The notes under the pieces were generated by a model. The model saw nothing but the letters and a program-made list of their open reading frames with translations. It was not told the DNA's origin and ran no database searches. Shown here piece by piece: positions 43,620 to 47,123 of a stretch of DNA of 47,123 bases. Made by a program: the position numbers and the translations under genes. This DNA is from Salisapilia sapeloensis CBS 127946. Lineage: Eukaryota; Protista; Oomycota. The stretch lies in the NCBI GenBank assembly GCA_023334545.1, contig JAADVB010000150.1, forward strand, positions 1 to 47,123, given 5' to 3'. The stretch's first letter is position 1. Each line of letters begins with the position of its first letter.

Positions 43620-44060
43620 AACAAACAAAAGTGAAAAGAGATAATGGCCAAACAGGATCTGTAGATGTTTAATCAGTAGGCAGATAAATACAGGTTACCT
43701 TAGTACACTTCGCATATAATAGATGGGTCCATCGTGAAGGGAATGACCATTTATCCAAAGCTTTCGAGTCCTAACTGACGAATGACTTCTCATAAAACTA
43801 ATGTCTAGTATCGACCTAGCTAAACAAGCTATATATGCCGTATCCACCTATGCCTCCACATCGTATGAAAGCTTTTGCTTTAAGTCTAAACTGAGAGCGA
43901 TATGGAAACTCTCCGGACTGTCACTTCTTCATAGTCATAAAATCTGTCTCTTTGACTATTCCTTATTAGAAGCGATGTGTCCAAGTCTTCAACTCCCACA
44001 GTACACGCATTTCCAACTTACATACACCGATCGCTCCATCATCTCCGCAGGTTGCCAGGT
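43620..44060 (-). mobile_element. Possible highly decayed LTR-retrotransposon gag/aspartic-protease remnant
   Basis: One minus-strand frame with several stops reads WKCVYCGS*RLGHIASNK (Zn-knuckle-like), LSYDVEA*VDTAYIA (ALVDTGA-like) and LQILFGHYL (ILG..WL-like), in gag-pro order. Matches are weak and by eye. Confidence 0.25.
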
Positions 44061-44183
44061 CCAACATCGATGCTAGCAGTCCATCATTAATTGACTACAA
44101 TTAGGATTAAATTAACCTGGCTAGTACATAAAAAAACATAAAATACAGACTAATTACGCTTTTCGACCAATATTCGAATCGGG

Positions 44184-46235
44184 ATGGAAGAGTTTGTCAA
44201 TGCAGCCTCTGAGGATGAACAACCATCAGCATCCGAAGGTACTGTCTTCGTACCCAAGATGCGTACAGTTCACGCTGATTGGGACGAATTTGATGCGTAT
44301 TTGGAGGCGTATGAGCGTGATACAGGTCAGCAATATCGTGTCCGTAGCTCGTCGTCCATGGCCAGCTTCCTGAAGAATTTGGAGCAGAAAGGACTCGGCT
44401 CAAGAGGTAGTTATCGTCCCAGAACCTCTCCTTCCTTATTCCCATTTTATACCAAACGACTGCAATGCATTCATGGTTGGGACCGACCTTCACGAGGTTC
44501 TGGACAGCGCAAACGTCGACGCCATGTACTCGAGAACGGCTGCCAGGCGCACATCCTGGTCACCGTCATGTACGACGATGAAAAAGCGACGCATGTAGTC
44601 CGAGTCACTCGCCAGTACAACTACCATACACATCCTCTATTGAATGGCATCAAATTTATGCCGTCTGCACCCGATACGAACCCTCCACCGCCATCCCAAT
44701 CTATCGCCTATGTCAATTCCAGTACCGACGAATGGGACGGTGGAGACGCTCTCTCAAGTCTCTCTCTTCCAGCCTTGTCTCGTTCACCTGCGTTTCCGTT
44801 CGTATTCTACTATAAGCTCATGAAGTTCCAGACGGACATCCAGCTACCTCTTGTAGCGCAAAAGGGGAATGCGAACGAAGCATGTACATCAGTGTCTGAT
44901 CTCGAGCTTTTACTTCGCAAAGAATTCCATCTGCCCTGTGGCTCTAGTGTCTTTGCTGTCCTTCCTGCCGGTGAGTTATACAGTCCCATGCTCCCTCTTG
45001 TCATGCTCAATGCGATCGCAGCTCAGCATCAGGCATTGCATGAATCAGTGGTAGACGCTCTCCCAAGTCTTCATTTTGTTCTCATTGCACGTAGTATGAG
45101 CTCTTTACTAAGGCCACTTCCTCGCCAAGGTGGACTGTGCAGTCCGTTTGACTCGATCCCTATGAGTACCTTGGCTCTTGGACAGGACTGTATTGAGCGT
45201 AGACTAGCTAGAAAAGAGTTTTCTGAACGATTGGTGCAATATGGCTTTGCACAGGTAGAAGTGACGAATGTGGAAGTAAATGCCGTGATGAAAGGATATG
45301 AGTTGGCAGCTAGTTGGTTGACGGAGCAAATTGCCTTGTCTTCTCGGAAGCGATGGAAAGAAGAGATAGAAGTGATGCCTGTAGATCGACAACAAAGACG
45401 GTCACGAGGGTACCAGAGTGACGAGATGGAACTTTTGGAAGGCTTTGCGAATGAAGCATTGCCAACTCATAGTAAGCGGTATGTAGGCTTCAGTGCCGAT
45501 CGATTGAAAGAGTGTCTACAACTACGACCTAGTGTCAATCAGAATGGGTCTGGTTGGCCTCCAAAAGGATTGTTAGATCAGCCGGAATTGGCTACACGGA
45601 TGCAAGAATTGATTCATCGGTTTGATCAAATTGCTCGAGAGTGCCTAGAAGCGATTTGTGATGAACTGAATTTAAATGCCCATTGGATGCTGCATACACT
45701 CTTGGATACCACGAGTATGTCAAATGATCCGAATGTCGTGGAGCTGAGTAACGCCGTGCCAGCACGATATGGTGCTTCCATCTTACAGGTGCTCAAGTTT
45801 AAGAATCGACCGAGAGATGTCGCTGTAGGTGATACGAGTGACGTACAGGCAGATGAAGGATTACTTAAAGTCTTTCCCACTCCAACACATGCAGGTCTTC
45901 ATGTGTGGAATGTTGATCGAATGAATTGGACGGACGTGGAGCAAGGTATCCGGAAGACGACGATGACAGTTGTGGCTGGAGAGACGCTTGGATTTATTAC
46001 GAATGGACATATTCGAGCGCCATTGTATCGAGTCGCGAGTCGAGATGCGGCTGCTGGAGATGACCGACGGATGTCCATGCCATTTTCATTACGTGTGAAG
46101 CCAGAGCAAGTGCTCAATCCGCATGAAGCACCTTATGCACAAAAGACGTGCAGAGAGTTTATGGAGGAATGTGTGCTCCAAAGGAGACCGTGGAGACCGA
46201 TTAAGAGAAATTCGAATGCGACGGAGGACTTTTAG
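44184..46235 (+). CDS. Chimeric 683-aa protein: FAR1/ZSWIM3-like (WRKY-GCM1 fold) Zn domain + putative ubiquitin-like domain + degenerate 2OG-Fe(II) oxygenase (IPNS-like) domain
   Basis: WDEFDAYLEAYERDTGQQYRVRSS..RLQCIHG..NGCQAHI..YNYHTHPL (C,C,H,H). C-terminal DIOX/2OG pattern: YGFAQV, SILQVLKF, QADEGLLKV, GLHVW, VVAGETLGFITNGHIRAPLYRV, RRMSMPFSLR. One uninterrupted ORF. Confidence 0.7.
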   Translation: MEEFVNAASEDEQPSASEGTVFVPKMRTVHADWDEFDAYLEAYERDTGQQYRVRSSSSMASFLKNLEQKGLGSRGSYRPRTSPSLFPFYTKRLQCIHGWDRPSRGSGQRKRRRHVLENGCQAHILVTVMYDDEKATHVVRVTRQYNYHTHPLLNGIKFMPSAPDTNPPPPSQSIAYVNSSTDEWDGGDALSSLSLPALSRSPAFPFVFYYKLMKFQTDIQLPLVAQKGNANEACTSVSDLELLLRKEFHLPCGSSVFAVLPAGELYSPMLPLVMLNAIAAQHQALHESVVDALPSLHFVLIARSMSSLLRPLPRQGGLCSPFDSIPMSTLALGQDCIERRLARKEFSERLVQYGFAQVEVTNVEVNAVMKGYELAASWLTEQIALSSRKRWKEEIEVMPVDRQQRRSRGYQSDEMELLEGFANEALPTHSKRYVGFSADRLKECLQLRPSVNQNGSGWPPKGLLDQPELATRMQELIHRFDQIARECLEAICDELNLNAHWMLHTLLDTTSMSNDPNVVELSNAVPARYGASILQVLKFKNRPRDVAVGDTSDVQADEGLLKVFPTPTHAGLHVWNVDRMNWTDVEQGIRKTTMTVVAGETLGFITNGHIRAPLYRVASRDAAAGDDRRMSMPFSLRVKPEQVLNPHEAPYAQKTCREFMEECVLQRRPWRPIKRNSNATEDF

Positions 46236-47123
46236 TGTTGGAGAGCATTGCAACTGGTTTTGTTTAGGATTGTAAGTTCGAGAGACGATGCATAGAGTCC
46301 GTTTGAATGTCGAGTTAATGTGTAAAGGCTGAAGCTTTCTTTTCCATCGAAGCAAGTTAGATGCGGGGAGATTGTACTGGTCTACTGAATATGGATATTG
46401 TCTGTACCAAGTGCTTTATTGGCTGTGCTTGATATTGAGCTATTGTACAATCCACTGGATGTACTATGTGTATGTTTTATAGCTTTATAGACACCTTCAA
46501 TTGTACTCGATTCAATTGCAAACCATCAGACGATGATACATGGTAACCTTGATGAGATTGCACGTCGATAATGCTACTTGCTTGATGCAAGCGCAGCTCA
46601 CTCGAAAGGTTTCAAGCTGACCGCTTGAAGTGTAGCTTTACTTCACGTGTATTGTGCTCTTCGAAAGAATTCATTATTGGTTTCACGGCCATGTTGGATG
46701 ATCTCGTGGTCAATATTAGCTTCCAGTTTCGTGTCGAGGTTTTGGAAGCTATAGGAAATTGACATGGTTGATCATAATGATAGAAATAAATTCTGAATGA
46801 AATGAGATTGAAGCTCTACTAATAGCAATAGTGATCCTTCGGTCGTGTTCGCGCATAATACCGATTCTGCATAATTGAGGATTCAGATTTTGTAGCTCTA
46901 TTAACGATAATCGAATCGGGCAATTCCGCGTTCGTTGAGAATGGTCGATTTTGCTTTGCCGCTTGCCAATGGGAATCTAACAAAACGCTTCAATATATCT
47001 TTCTCCCACTACATCGAATGCATAAGCGCGTGCTCTGTACTGCCAATGGATATACGAATTCCTACTCTTGCTCTGTCTCTGTCTTGGTCATTGATGCTAT
47101 CAGGAGGAAGTGATCTTCGAGAA

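Noticed and set aside
46240-47123. Short stop-interrupted minus-strand frames at the right edge
   Set aside because: No recognisable domain or coherent exon chain; cannot be called without flanking sequence.
1-47123. tRNA, rRNA, CRISPR arrays, telomeric repeats, recoding signals
   Set aside because: None recognised by eye; a tRNAscan-SE or Infernal run would be needed to exclude small RNAs.

Overview
Eukaryotic, very gene-dense nuclear DNA, most likely an oomycete. That assignment is inferred from the glucan synthase-MFS fusion, an oomycete-type FAR1/ZSWIM3-like domain, GT-AG introns of about 52-61 nt and a YCATTYY initiator. The window holds 16 apparently intact protein-coding genes: peroxisomal enoyl-CoA isomerase, 1,3-beta-glucan synthase fused to a 12-TM MFS sugar-porter domain, a short mitochondrial acyl-CoA-synthetase-like protein, MUS81, an HMT1/ABCB6-type ABC half-transporter, VPS13, striatin, RPL23A, an SMPDL3-like phosphoesterase, PTH2, TRAPPC13, a 4xFHA/2xCNB protein, ADO/PCO, a DDT-WHIM chromatin protein, DUS3, and a FAR1-like Zn finger/ubiquitin-like/degenerate 2OG-oxygenase chimera. 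Genes mostly alternate in strand, with 28-400 bp spacers. Gene-poor, more AT-rich stretches occur at 1-1150, 42700-44180 and 46240-47123. I saw no tRNA, rRNA or CRISPR array. The best leads are several apparent pseudo-enzyme or pseudo-sensor proteins, the transposon-domain chimera, the synthase-transporter fusion, a 90-nt hairpin inside the RPL23A intron, and a phased triple motif in a 76-bp bidirectional promoter. All calls come from manual motif reading; no searches were run.
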